From contig NC_069000.1 in assembly GCF_001194135.2 (NCBI RefSeq), positions 3,255,480-3,319,479 on the forward strand: a stretch of 64,000 nucleotides of DNA, read 5' to 3'. The position numbers and the translations under genes are program-made. This DNA is from Octopus bimaculoides. Its lineage: Eukaryota. The notes below the pieces were generated by a model. It searched no databases. It was not told where the DNA came from and saw nothing but the letters and a program-made list of their open reading frames with translations. Shown here in pieces: positions 43,074-56,511 of this stretch (its first letter is position 1; the number at the start of each line of letters is the position of its first letter).

Positions 43074-44600
43074 TACATACACGCATACATTTGTTCATCT
43101 GCACATTTATACATCTCAATGATTGTATGCTGAACGTTAGCAATATTATACACTCGCGCACACACACAATATTTCTTCCGTATATGTCATATAAATACGG
43201 GAGAGGGTTAAATGCAGATATGCCTAACAAATTCTATATGTATGGTTGGTATGAGATGTCGGTGTTATGTCCATAAATTTATACATTGATAATTTTATAA
43301 CATTGTTATAAAATTTGTATGTACCTACATAAGCACAACTGTTTGCATCCACATATATATATATATATATACAAACATTAACCCATATAATTCTATACGT
43401 TCATTTTTACACATGCTCATTGTGACATTAAAAGTTAAAGGTGAACATGCAAAGAGAAGCGCTAGTTTATTTTGATTTTAGTCGTCAGTGTAATTTGATC
43501 CAGTAACACATATAATCCACGTGCGCGCTTTTGTGCATTTTATGTTCTTCCTTTGTGTAGATGATGATAGAACTTAGTCATGAATACACAACTATAGGCT
43601 GCATTTATCCTCGTTATATGCATGAGCGAATCTCAATGTTCAGCTTGTGAAATTCTGCAATCGAAATGAGAGTGTCGATATAAATAATAATGTTGAATAG
43701 AATCAAAGAAATTTGCCGGTATATTCGACATAGTTGCTTGTAATTGATGCGTTTTGCAATCGTGATAGAAGTAACATGAAGAGGGGTACCAAAACTATGT
43801 TGCTGACAATAAAAGTGAGCAAATCTTGAAGGTGAATGTAAATGCTAGGTATAAGCAGATTAGAGTATGGCTGACAATCGTAAATGGAGGGCATTGCACA
43901 GTTGACACAGCTAATTGAATATTCATAAAATATGTATATTCTGAAGAGACAACCAAACAGTAAATATAGATTTGATCTTTCTAAATAGACTTTCTAAGCT
44001 AGTATATAGCACTTTCCAGAGAAGCAGAGAGAATGGCACACTTTCCGTTGATATAGGAAGTCATGGACTCTCTAATTAACCAATTGATCTCGAAATTTAA
44101 GATTATTTGCAAGTCAAGATATGGTACCCTAGGAACGCTTAGTAGTGCTTTGATATGTATCCATAGGTGAACGTCTAAGTGTGTTAGTTACATTCATTTT
44201 TAAAAGCATTTCTACTTGTATTACGGATGTCTTGTGAAGAAGAGGGTTAATGATTTCTAGTCGATGCAATTAATTGTAAACAGAGGTTAGAATATTGTAG
44301 AATAGTCCAACTAGTTTTGCTTTATAAGGAACAATTGCATTTCGAATTTTCAGTGGGATAAACGACGTGGTAAGTAATTATCAAATCGAGTACATGCGGT
44401 AGACATTTGAGATCTACTTTATGTTTGAAGCACTCTTCTCGCACTTGCAGAAGAAAACTAAGTTACACGTATGAATAAATATAAAATCACAATCACATGC
44501 TTCATTGAGAACTACTCTCGGATTTACACTTTGTACGGGTTTCCATACTAATGTAACATGTACGGATTCCCATCTTAATGTATTGGCCAGATTTTCTTAA

Positions 44601-44909
44601 TTCAGTCGAATGCATTGACCCCAGTATCTATATGCCTGGTACATATTCTGTTGTTGCACCGCTAAGTTACGTGGGTGTAAACACGTGAACACCCGTTGTC
44701 AAGCGGTGGTGGGGTACAAACACAAAGACACACAAGCATGTATTCATATGCAACGCGTTCCTTTCAGTTTCCCCCTCTACCGAATCTACTCACAAGGCTT
44801 TGGTCGCCCAGATGCTAAGTAGATGACAATTCCCTAAGGTAGTACGCAGTAGGACTGAACTCAAACTATGTGGTTCGGAGGCAAATTTCTTACCGCACAG
44901 CCACTCCTG
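44601..44909 (-). mobile_element. SINE family B, near full length
   Basis: Tail (ttgaccccagta..ccgctaagttacg..gttgtcaagcggtggtgggg) and head (ctcacaaggctttggtcg..actgaactc..cttaccgcacagccactcctg). Confidence 0.8.
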
Positions 44910-44923
44910 GTATATCAAATCAC

Positions 44924-45152
44924 CGTGTGCAGACAATTCGCCGACAGACAATTCACACACGGCCTTAACACGGAGGCCTACATCAAGTGCCTGGAGGAGG
45001 TAGTACCGCCTTAGCTCAAGAGGGTGGCTGCAGGATCACCCTACGTCTGGTAGCAAGACTCTGCACCATGCCACACAATTGTCCTATCTGCAAGTTATCT
45101 GTCGGCCAACTGTCTGTCAGCCAACTGTCTGTCGAAGAATTGTCCGTCTACC
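44924..45152. mobile_element. Non-autonomous TIR element with a 9-bp TSD (Mutator-like), carrying a mariner fragment
   Basis: TCAAATCAC at 44915-44923 and 45153-45161; inverted ends made of a 15-nt GACA(A/G)TT.(G/T)(C/T)CGACA-like unit. Confidence 0.7.
44958..45077 (+). pseudogene. Tc1/mariner-superfamily (DD37D/maT-like) transposase fragment
   Basis: In-frame HGLNTEAYIKCLEEVVPP*LKRVAAGSPYVW*QDSAPCHT; the W(Q)QDSAPCH motif carries the second catalytic Asp; two TAG stops. Confidence 0.85.
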
Positions 45153-45971
45153 TCAAATCACATGTGAGTCGCAAGTTTGATTGTTCAGGCTGACATCGTG
45201 CGAAAGACCCACGGTCAAAATAAAAACGAGAAGTCAGGACAGCAGCCATAATTTCGCTTGGGTATCCAGCCGAAATGCGTGTAACGACGTCTGCTTGTGA
45301 CAGGAGACTATAAAAGGGGTGTCTGAGAACTCTACTACACACGATCATTCCAGAAATAATGGACGGTGGAGAGGAAGGCCTATAGAATACAATCGTACAG
45401 TAAAACCAATATAATACGTCGCTAAGTCAATAAGCCTGCTAACAGTAGTATTATATAAATTAGACAAATGCGATTAGATTCCTAATGATTAGTTCAACGT
45501 ACTTTTGGTCCAGTGTTCAGTGTTAAATCGTCACAGACAACTAAATCGCATAACCATTATTATTTAAAGGGTACACTGTATGAAAAGTAATAACGAATAT
45601 TTTATATATACATATATATATATATATGATGATGCCGATGATATGCCTCAGGTAGTAGTATATACATTTTACGGTGATTACTGGTTTAATCGTTAAAAGC
45701 AGGAATATAAGCAGTGTGCTTGACGGCGTTATAAATAGCTGGTCACTTGTGACCAGTTCACATACGACTAACAGAGATACACGGACGTGATTATATAAGT
45801 AATATGCGAATGTCCATTATATGACTAGATGAGATGTGTGTGTATGTGCATATATATATATATATATATGCAAATACATATACACAAACTATATCAATAT
45901 CATATACATCTAAGTCTCTCTTATAGACACACATATACACACGCACAGTGTGTGTGTATCTGTGTGTGAGA

Positions 45972-46017
<46 letters not shown>

Positions 46018-46467
46018 AAGAGAGAGACAGAGACAGAGAGTGGATTTATGAATTTTACTTCTAAATATTTTCTATAATATTAATTATTGAATTTTCCGTT
46101 GTTTTAGTTTCAAATTCAATAAACTTGTTTTTAAAATCAATTCTATGTTTGTGTTTTTGCGTGTCTGGAAAGCTTGCATCGAGATTCCCGTCTAGATTAT
46201 TCCAAGAATCATAATCACAGCAGATTAGCCAAGTTATTTATTGACAAGCTTATTAAGTATGTTATGTCTGACTCCATTATCAAAATATCAACAACCTGCG
46301 TGATGTTTGTGTTTAAAAAACCGAAAGTGATTCTTACAAACGCTATTTCGTATTCGTTTATATTGGGTGGATTCCTTGTCGGTTTACCCGGACATGTTTT
46401 GGTCCATCAACAGTCTGTATAATCTACTCATGGAATTGAAGTGGATTTGGTGAAATATAATTTACAG

Positions 46468-46536
46468 CAGTGGTCCTCAACCATTTTTTCATCTTTGGAT
46501 ATCTTTTGATTATTCTTTTAATCTAGCGGACCTCCA
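46468..46536 (+). mobile_element. hAT/Charlie-like MITE, left end
   Basis: CAGTGGTCCTCAACCATTTTTT resembles hAT-Charlie termini; truncated. Confidence 0.5.
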
Positions 46537-46619
46537 TACACGTTCCTCTGCCTGATATTGTTGGCCTTCTGGCAAAATTTGAAACTATTATTATCATTAT
46601 TAATATTATTATTATTGTG

Positions 46620-46790
46620 TCTTCATTCGTCACTACCTTCTGAGTTCAAATTCAGCCGAGGTTGACTTTGTCATTCATCCTTTCAGAGTCGATAAAATAA
46701 TGACTAGCTGAACACTGGGGTCGATGTAATCGACTCATCCCCACCTCCCGCAAGCTGCCCTTGTGGAAAAAATTTGAAATAATAATTATT
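46620..46790 (+). mobile_element. SINE family A copy
   Basis: ttctgagttcaaattcagccgaggttgactttgtcattcatcctttcagagtcgataaaataatg..ctggggtcgatgtaatcgac. Confidence 0.8.
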
Positions 46791-47489
46791 GTTGTTATGC
46801 ATATATCTCTTTTTCAGTGTACACCGTATGCAGTTTCTCTGTGTTTTTTTTATTACTTTATAAGCAAGCCCTACATTTTATACCTATCTTTGTATTTTCC
46901 CTCACATCCTTCGCCCTTGTGGCAGATAAATGAAATCATTATTATTATTATTCATAACTGTTCGTTCTGGTGGTTTATTTACGCTGAAATGAATTCAATA
47001 AAAGACTTTAAATGTCTCAAACTTTTCAAAGACATATCCAAAGTCGTAATTTAAAAATATATTATTTATTGAAATAGGTTTTCTAACTAAGACAAACAGA
47101 CAGAAACTCACAATAGTAAAACATATTGTCATTGACGTCAGAATATTGTATTAATACCACAAATAACACAAACTTTAATAATGCACACAAGCCTTTGACT
47201 AACTACAAAGCTGTACTTGCACAAAACCCATATAAGTAAAAGGTAATTGCACACATCGGGGAAATATTGCACAAAAGCAGATCTCCGATTACATTGTCAC
47301 CCTCTGTACGTCAACACACGATTACCATTTAACAAAATGGCTGTCTTTACTATCATAAAAATATGACTATGCATCTATATGCTTTGATATATATATATAT
47401 ATATATATATATGCATGTGGGGGGGCGTATTTATTTTACTTAGTATAAACGCATCGATACATAGATAGAGAGGAGTAGACACGGAGGCA

Positions 47490-47969
47490 GACAGACCAAC
47501 AGAGAGAGAGAGGCATAAACAGATACATGCGCACGGACACCGAAAACTAGAGATAGGTAGATATTTACAGAAACGGATTGATAGAAGGGAGGGAGAGAGA
47601 GAGATAGAGAGAGAAAATCACGGATAGACAAAGGGAAGGAGAAACTAATAGATATAGATGAATTAATAGAGAGAGACAGAGAGAGACGGATAGAGAGGGA
47701 TACAGCGTGAGACTGATAGAGTGAGAGAAGTAAAGAGATAGGCAGAGAAGGATAGAGAGATAGGCAGAGAGAGAGAGAGAGAGAGATGTATAGAGAGATA
47801 GGCACAGAGAGAGAGCCGGATAGAGAGCTAGACTGAGACAGACAGACGGATAAAGAGATAGTCAGAAAGAGAGACAGATAGAAAGATAGGCAGTGAGAGA
47901 GAGAGGCAGTGAGAGACGGAGAGAGAGAAAGACGGATAGTCAGAGTGACAGACATATGGAGACGAAGAC

Positions 47970-48025
<56 letters not shown>
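47490..48025. repeat. Degenerate GA/GACA/GATA purine-rich tract ending in (GATA)n
   Basis: Seen directly; explains the S/L-rich 207-aa ORF. Confidence 0.9.
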
Positions 48026-48450
48026 TCAATCAGTGAAGTAGAGAATTGAAAGATTCTAGACAAATGTCATACGGGATTTCAAAAGAAATCTCTGCGAGAA
48101 ACGTAAACAATTTAAGATTCTATATTGAAATATTAAATCAATAACGTTAGGTATTTAAGGTCAGAATTTAGACAAAATTTCATTTTAAATTATTGAATTG
48201 ATGTTGTTTACATATATATATTGCATTTAAATAGAATATCGAATCGTTTGTGTTATTTACAACTCTTTCTTTGATAGTTTCAAATATTTGTTCTAATTAT
48301 ATCATCACTGTATCGTGACATGCTGTTTTGTGCAAACAAAGACCTTTCGCATTTAATATATTTATATAACATTTCTCATGAATGGGTTCAATAGCTTACG
48401 TATTGATAGCTATTTTACAAGCATATGCACAAACGTATGCATATATGTGT

Positions 48451-48494
<44 letters not shown>

Positions 48495-48725
48495 GTGAGT
48501 GTGTCTGTGTGTGTGCGGGTACGACTTAGTTTTTTTTTTCCAAAATCTTTATTGATTTTTCTACGTATTCATATCTTCTCAGCGTGTATCTATTCTATCA
48601 ACATATATATTTAACCATCTAAACACACGCATATGTCGCTCTACGTATATATATGTATAGATATGTGTGTAGATATATGTAAGAAGAAGCATATATGCAC
48701 ACACATATATCTATGTGAGTGTGTT

Positions 48726-48793
<68 letters not shown>

Positions 48794-48797
48794 AACA

Positions 48798-48837
<40 letters not shown>

Positions 48838-48999
48838 TTTGCTTCATGCGTTAGAAGTTCGCTTCGTAACCATGTTTTCGGGTTTCGTTCTACTGCGCAG
48901 CATTTTGTACACATGTCTGCTACATCTCGGACCGACAAATGTCCTATGACGAAATTTGTTGGATGGAACCAATAAGGAAATCCATCGTGTGTATATATG

Positions 49000-49130
49000 A
49001 GGTCGGCAAAAGTGGCTGATAGATTAAGCCACGGATATCAAAATACGTACTGGGGTCGATTATTTTGACCAAATCCTTCAAGACCGAACCACAGTACGGC
49101 TATGGTCAAATGGCAGCAAGAAGTAAATGG
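49000..49130 (+). mobile_element. SINE family B tail, degenerate
   Basis: ggtcggcaaaagtggctgatagattaag..tactggggtcgattattttgacc..cagtacggctatggtcaaatg. Confidence 0.55.
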
Positions 49131-51064
49131 TTTATAACAACATATATTTTCTGAGCCAGTGAGAGAGACACTTTACATAGTCATACGATTATCAAGATAT
49201 AGCTAATTTCTGTTCCAAAAGAGGCCTCCCTTCTGAACGGCTAGCCCTTTAATTGCTGAATTAAATTTCATAGTTATCTCAGAAATGAAATTAAATATTT
49301 ACCTTAAAACGGAATTGCTATTTTCTACAAGTCAAAGTACCTCAATAAAATTTGATGTAACTCGATAGAAAATAACTTCAAAAATGGCTTTCCTCACCAA
49401 AGTACTGATTGATATATATAACTGCTTCCTGCACTGAAGTGGCGTTAAATTTTGAGCGGCTGTATCTGCTTGCAGCAGTAAAAGGCTTAATACAACAATA
49501 TCAACTAGCGAAGTCTTGATTGGTTTATATAAAATAGCTGAGCTGAGTCCTGGTTGGTTAAAAGAAGGTGTTATCCCTAAGCCATGTGAAATGAAGAAGA
49601 AAATATGCAGCAGGAGCTGCTAACACATTGAAATTCCCCTCCTAAGTATTGAAATGGTTTCGTCTCCTTCAATTACTAGTAGATTACTGTTCGCTCACGT
49701 TCAAATTTGCATACGACATGAAACAACAAGACACTTATCTATTTGCGATCTGTGCATTTATGAATACTGAATTAGCAGACGATATTCTCGTATATTACAA
49801 ATATACCGAAAATAGTTGTCGCGTTTTAAATATCGTTGTCAAAATTATAAATACTGTTGAATGACAATTGGAAATCTGTCGAAATTTTATATCTACGTTA
49901 CCATAACTCCGAAATTCAACCAGTGAATGTTTTCGCGACCGCTCCTAATGCTGTGAACTTTAGTCTACGCATATTTATACATGGAGAAATCCGCTTGAAC
50001 AGTGTGTGTGTGTGTGTGTGTTTAGATAAGTATTCTTGCATATGTGTTTGTGTGTGATTGTATCTGCGAGTATGTTGGCATCAAGAGGAATAATGTTGTA
50101 AATCTCAATGTCTCTAACACTCTGGAGACATTCCTAGTTATCATATTTTATCGGATTTCACTTGCTACTTTAGAGTTTGTCTATCTCGCATTCATCTATG
50201 CATTTCCCAAGACAGATCTCAGTAACATCTTTCATTTATCATGTGACATATATATATATGTATATATAGGTGGAGGAAAGGATGGATAGAGTGATACGTG
50301 GACAGATAGATATACAGATATGCATGGACGGAGAGATGAAGAGACAGTTATTTGTTTGGACTCAGAGATAAATGAATTGAAGGATGGTGAGCTAGATAGA
50401 CAGAGAAGGAAAGAGTGAGAGGGAGGAAAGAGATTTGATCAATTTACATACACCTATAATATACGCGACAATCCCATGCTCGCATACATAAAGTTTTTCT
50501 CTCTCACACACACCAGTTGCAGGTTTGCAAAGTTCGCAGACACACATTATTCAGTGAGTTGTAGCTTTACATTGCCAGTTTCTTGCTTGTATTCCACCTG
50601 ACACTAAGAAACAATCACACAATTACATCAGAACACAATAAAACTTAAACAAAATATCGTATCCACTCTCTAGAAATATTTATCAAGCTGGACTTGTAGC
50701 CATCTTATTATTGCAAGCGACTTTGTTGGTCACATGGTCTACGTTATTTCATTTTTTCTTTGACCGTTTAATTCCCTTAACTTCCCCCTATCTTCCTCTT
50801 CTTTCATTCTATTGTATTCACAACAGTTTTAATAAATATTTATTGTTTGTCTCTCTCACTCACATATGCTCAAAACTATGTGTATTTGTGTCAGCTGTTT
50901 CTGCATGTGTATATGCACCTATAATTGGTTACTAAGTTGAGGATGAATAGGACTTCGAAGTTCCGGATTACTGGCCGTCAACAGAGACATGAGAGTCACG
51001 CTCAAACATTGCGTGTGGAAAATCGACAAATAGGGAATTCATTGATCTCTCACTGAGGCCTTGT

Positions 51065-51140
51065 TGCGTGGTGAGAAGTTTGCTTCCTACATGTTTCTGG
51101 GTTCAGTCCCACTGCGTGGCACCTTGGGCAAGTGTCTTCT
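51065..51140 (+). mobile_element. SINE family B head (CORE-like)
   Basis: gtttgcttcc..ctgggttcagtcccactgcgtggcaccttgggcaagtgtcttct. Confidence 0.75.
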
Positions 51141-52283
51141 TTAGAATAGGATGAACTCTTTTACAAGAATTTATCAAGTAGCTAGCGTGAAAAAAACCTC
51201 ATAAGGGAAAACATCCATCATTTATTCCCAAAATATATATATTAATAACGTAATTATGTAATCTGAGAGAATCAAGAGAGAAATTTGGCTGCTATATTTA
51301 GCTAATCGTATGCCCATCTAGAGTCTGTCTTTTGGGCTGAGAAACTATATATTGTCAGAAATGGTAGGATAATTAATTAATAAAATATAGATCGTGTGAA
51401 TCTCCGTTCCTATTTTTAACACTGACCATTTTTATAGCCTTGGTGTTTGAAAGAAATAGATTTGGCTGCTATATCTAGCAATACATACAGACAGCTGAAG
51501 ATTTTCTCTTACTGGATCAGAAGCTCTACGTTGTTCTAATCAATGCTAGAGTATTTAAATATCTATAATATAAAAGCAGTTAATCTCCGGTCCGATTTCG
51601 AATGCTGACAGATTTTATGTCTTTTTGTTGCTAGTTAATCCTTTCAGAGTCGATAATACGCGTATCTATAACACAGATTAGACAATTCAATCGATTCGAG
51701 CGGATTACTTGCAAAAGTTAGTTTGGTCTGTATTGCTAATGAAAAGATATACGTTTTTAATACAAATATATAGTACAATGGTGACAGCTATTATTACTAG
51801 GAACGTGACACTAGCAAATGCAATCACTCAACGATCTCCATAACACACCAATACAAATAACTATAATTGAATCTCCGTTCACTTACGCCGAGAATTTCCG
51901 ACAAGGATTGAAACGAGAAATTACATCAATTTTTATCACAATGAATTGTTGCAAAATGAAAAGACCACGTGCGAAATCTGTGCGTTACTATTACGACTCT
52001 TCTATCTTTTTTACTTGCATCAATCATTGGACAGTGGCTATGCTGGAGCACAAATTTGAAGCGATACAGCCATACACACACACACACATATAAACACAAG
52101 CACACATATAACTACACACAAACACACACATTAAAAAATGAGGAGGCATTATGGTTATAAATTCCATTGGATTACAGCCGTTTCGTAAAATTCTGCATTT
52201 AAGATTAACTTCAATATTTCAAATTAATTCACACAATTTTCATCAAAATGCATATTTAGTATTATATACAAAACATTGTAGAT

Positions 52284-52339
<56 letters not shown>

Positions 52340-52343
52340 TATA

Positions 52344-52575
52344 TACTCTTCCATTTGTTTCAGTCATGTGACTGCGGCCATTGTGGAGCATCGCCTTTCG
52401 TCGAAGAAATCTACCCCAGGACTTATTCTTTTTAAGACTAGTACTTATCGTATTGGTGTCTTTTGCCGAATTGCTAGGTTACGGACGTGAAATGAAATGT
52501 TTGCCTAAGACAAGGCGCCGCTAATCCAGGAATCGAATCAGTGATCTAAGGATCACGGAGAAGAACACCTCAACC
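52344..52575 (-). mobile_element. Chimeric SINE: family D head fused to family B tail
   Basis: The minus strand reads D head ..gattcgattcctgg..aggcaaacatttcatttcacgt, then continues directly into B tail ccgtaacctagcaattcggcaaaagacacc.. Confidence 0.6.
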
Positions 52576-52952
52576 ACGAGGAAGAGCGCATTCAACACAC
52601 ACACACATACACACACACACACACGACGCCAGCTCCACACACCATTTAATATGGTTGCTGTAATCATGAAGAGCAATATCGGTATTATATACCATACTTG
52701 TTGGCAATACCATTTTGTTCACAGATGCCTCAGTATGCTTTCCTCTCGCTGCAATTACCGCACTGTATTGCGGCAGAATTAAAAGGAAGCAGACTTTGAA
52801 ATAGCGAGCAAATAAAGCAAGCCTGCAAGCCAACTGGCCTGAATGTGGGTCATCAGTCTGCGAACGATAGGTGTCACTACTTTTATCTAATAGTTATTAA
52901 TATTTAATAGCAGAAATTGCATCAGTCTGTACAAACTGACGTTATACATACG

Positions 52953-53038
<86 letters not shown>

Positions 53039-53173
53039 ATTTCTTTCCGTGTGCGTGAGTATGTATGTGTATGAATGTGCATGTGTGCGCGCGCATGTAG
53101 ATAGATAAAGGTAGCTATACATTTATTTATGCATATATAGGTACACATGTTTAAGTATTTTTTATCTCTCTCC

Positions 53174-53174
<1 letters not shown>

Positions 53175-53243
<69 letters not shown>

Positions 53244-54735
53244 CATAGATAAATATGCACATATACATATATATACACAAATATACATATGCACAAATGT
53301 ATATACATACACATACGTATATATATATACATATATACATACATATATATATACATACATACATACATATATATATACATACATACATATATATATACAT
53401 ACATATATATATATACATACATACATATATACATATATATATATATACATACATACATATATATATATATACATACATACATATATATATACATACATAC
53501 ATATATATACATACATACATACATATATATACATACATACATATATATATATACATACATACATACATACATACATATACATACATACATATACATACAT
53601 ACATATACATACATACATATACATATATACATATATACATACATATACATATATACATACATATATACATATACATACATATATACATATACATATATAC
53701 NNNNNNNNNNNNNNNNNNNNNNNNNNNNNNNNNNNNNNNNNNNNNNNNNNNNNNNNNNNNNNNNNNNNNNNNNNNNNNNNNNNNNNNNNNNNNNNNNNNN
53801 NNNNNNNNNNNNNNNNNNNNNNNNNNNNNNNNNNNNNNNNNNNNNNNNNNNNNNNNNNNNNNNNNNNNNNNNNNNNNNNNNNNNNNNNNNNNNNNNNNNN
53901 NNNNNNNNNNNNNNNNNNNNNNNNNNNNNNNNNNNNNNNNNNNNNNNNNNNNNNNNNNNNNNNNNNNNNNNNNNNNNNNNNNNNNNNNNNNNNNNNNNNN
54001 NNNNNNNNNNNNNNNNNNNNNNNNNNNNNNNNNNNNNNNNNNNNNNNNNNNNNNNNNNNNNNNNNNNNNNNNNNNNNNNNNNNNNNNNNNNNNNNNNNNN
54101 NNNNNNNNNNNNNNNNNNNNNNNNNNNNNNNNNNNNNNNNNNNNNNNNNNNNNNNNNNNNNNNNNNNNNNNNNNNNNNNNNNNNNNNNNNNNNNNNNNNN
54201 NNNNNNNNNNNNNNNNNNNNNNNNNNNNNNNNNNNNNNNNNNNNNNNNNNNNNNNNNNNNNNNNNNNNNNNNNNNNNNNNNNNNNNNNNNNNNNNNNNNN
54301 NNNNNNNNNNNNNNNNNNNNNNNNNNNNNNNNNNNNNNNNNNNNTACATACATATATATATACATATATACATACATACATATATATATATACATATATA
54401 CATACATATATATATACATATATACATACATATATATACATACATACATATATATATACATACATATATACATACATACATATATATATACATACATACA
54501 TACATACATATATATATATACATATATACATACATACATATATATATATACATACATACATACATATATACATACATATATATATATACATATATATATA
54601 TACATACATATATATATACATACATATATACATATATACATATATACATACATATATACATACATATATACACATACATATATACACATATATACACATA
54701 CTTTCGCACATATACAGAGATACAGACACACACAC
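53175..54735. repeat. Long compound (TA)n/(TACA)n microsatellite with an N-gap (53701-54344)
   Basis: Seen directly; explains the 490-597 aa artefactual ORFs. Confidence 0.95.
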
Positions 54736-54814
54736 ATATACCTAGAAACTAATTAATCAAACGAATCAATACAGGAACACACAACGCTCAAATGATAACT
54801 AGCCCCTCGCACAT

Positions 54815-54856
<42 letters not shown>

Positions 54857-55315
54857 AGCCGCACGTGTCCGCATTCCAGTTATATTGGAGTTAATTACAC
54901 ATAAAACTCCAATCACAATCTCACGCATGCACTCAAATACTCACTTAAGATATTAACAGACAGGCAAGACTGTAAAGAGAAGAGTAAAAACGTGTTTATA
55001 CATAACAGTAGCGATAATGGCTCATCAAGTGTAGATACTTAACAGCATTTTTACAATTTATATCCGCCATTAATATTTAAAGCTTTATTTGGTATGATTC
55101 TAGTCAAACACATGGCAGTGATAGAAGATAACTTGCCTTGAATATATACAGGAAAAACAAGAATCAACATATACCTTTAAATCTACCATAAATAATGGAA
55201 TTGTATTTTGACATCACATATGTTATACTATAGCATGGTTTCTTTCATTGGAAATAAATAATAATAATGATGATAGTAATAATACTAAAATGATTATAAT
55301 AACAAAATGATTGTA

Positions 55316-55720
55316 GAGAATTGCCGGGGCAACAAGAAGAACTTGAGTGTAGCATAGATAGACTACAGGAAAGTGATTGAAATTGTTCTGCATAATTGGC
55401 TACTCAAAGCCCTTGAGAATGTATAAGATCTCTCCTGTAGTCTCCAAATTCTTACAAGGTAGCATGGCCAACTGGAATACACGTCTCCTTCTAAACCATA
55501 GTAGTGGGGGCAGAGGAATGATGCAGGTAGAGCTGTGCTATAAGAACTTCACAATAGCAATGAACAGGTTCTTATCTAGTACAGACGCCGCAGCTTGTGT
55601 GCAAACGCTAAAGCTGCAAATGATCACAATCTATTGTCAAGGAAGATTTCAAATTAACAAGGGAACTTGGCACTAAGCGTGAATTAGATGAAGAAAATGA
55701 AACCATTGCATCGCAAAGTG
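55316..55720 (+). pseudogene. R4/Dong-clade-like non-LTR retrotransposon RT fragment, internally deleted
   Basis: ENCRGNKKNLSVA*IDYRKVIEIVLHNWLLKALE/MYKISPVVSKFLQGSMANWNTRLLL resembles the R4-clade AWIDYKKAFDSVPHSW motif; GGRGMMQVELCYK resembles the post-RT GGRGL motif; MKPLH near the end; one stop and one frameshift. Confidence 0.75.
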
Positions 55721-56041
55721 TAAAATGGATCAGACTACAAAAACGAACAGGCAGAAGCAAATTTCGGCGAGGAATAGGATGAAACTGAATACCTAATACC
55801 TTTATGGTGGTTCATCAACCCAGCTAAGCCATTGCCGTTTTCATTAGAAAATAAATTTGGAAAATAGACATAATATTCAGCGCTTACCAGATACTGTTTT
55901 ATTCATCAAGTCATTTTTCCTGCTACAGGGAACGTATATATTCGTCATCACAGACAGATACACAAACATACACACGTTCATACACATACAAAGTGACTTC
56001 GCAAACAATGAAAAATTTGAAAAGCTAGATTATACATACAC

Positions 56042-56083
<42 letters not shown>

Positions 56084-56461
56084 TATTTTGCTTAAAAGAG
56101 TTCCAACACTGTCTGTTTTTTATGTTTTATTTATATTCCTGCAGAACTAATGTGGGGTATAGAATATGGAATATACAATATACAATATAAAATAAAATAA
56201 AAATAAAAATGGATGGCACCATGAAAGAAAGTATTGAATGTAGATGAAATATTGAGTGTTCAATATAAAGGATCAAATATATAAATATATAAATATAAAT
56301 ATATATATATATAAAGGCGACTCGAGTTTCAGGGCTATTTCCCTTCGTCATGGCCGGTATGACAGACTTTAACATATATGCATACTTACACACACGTTTG
56401 TGTGTGTACATAATACAGTTTTGTCAAAATGTCGATCTAAGAACCACCATATGAAACGTAA

Positions 56462-56511
<50 letters not shown>

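Noticed and set aside
44946-45140. 15-nt tandem units as a possible CRISPR-like array
   Set aside because: Eukaryotic context, no unique spacers, and inverted orientation at the two ends fits TIR subrepeats
52942-54752. Long ORFs of 487-597 aa, and similar YI/HT/CV/SL/ER-rich ORFs throughout the window
   Set aside because: Translations of microsatellites and N-gaps, not proteins
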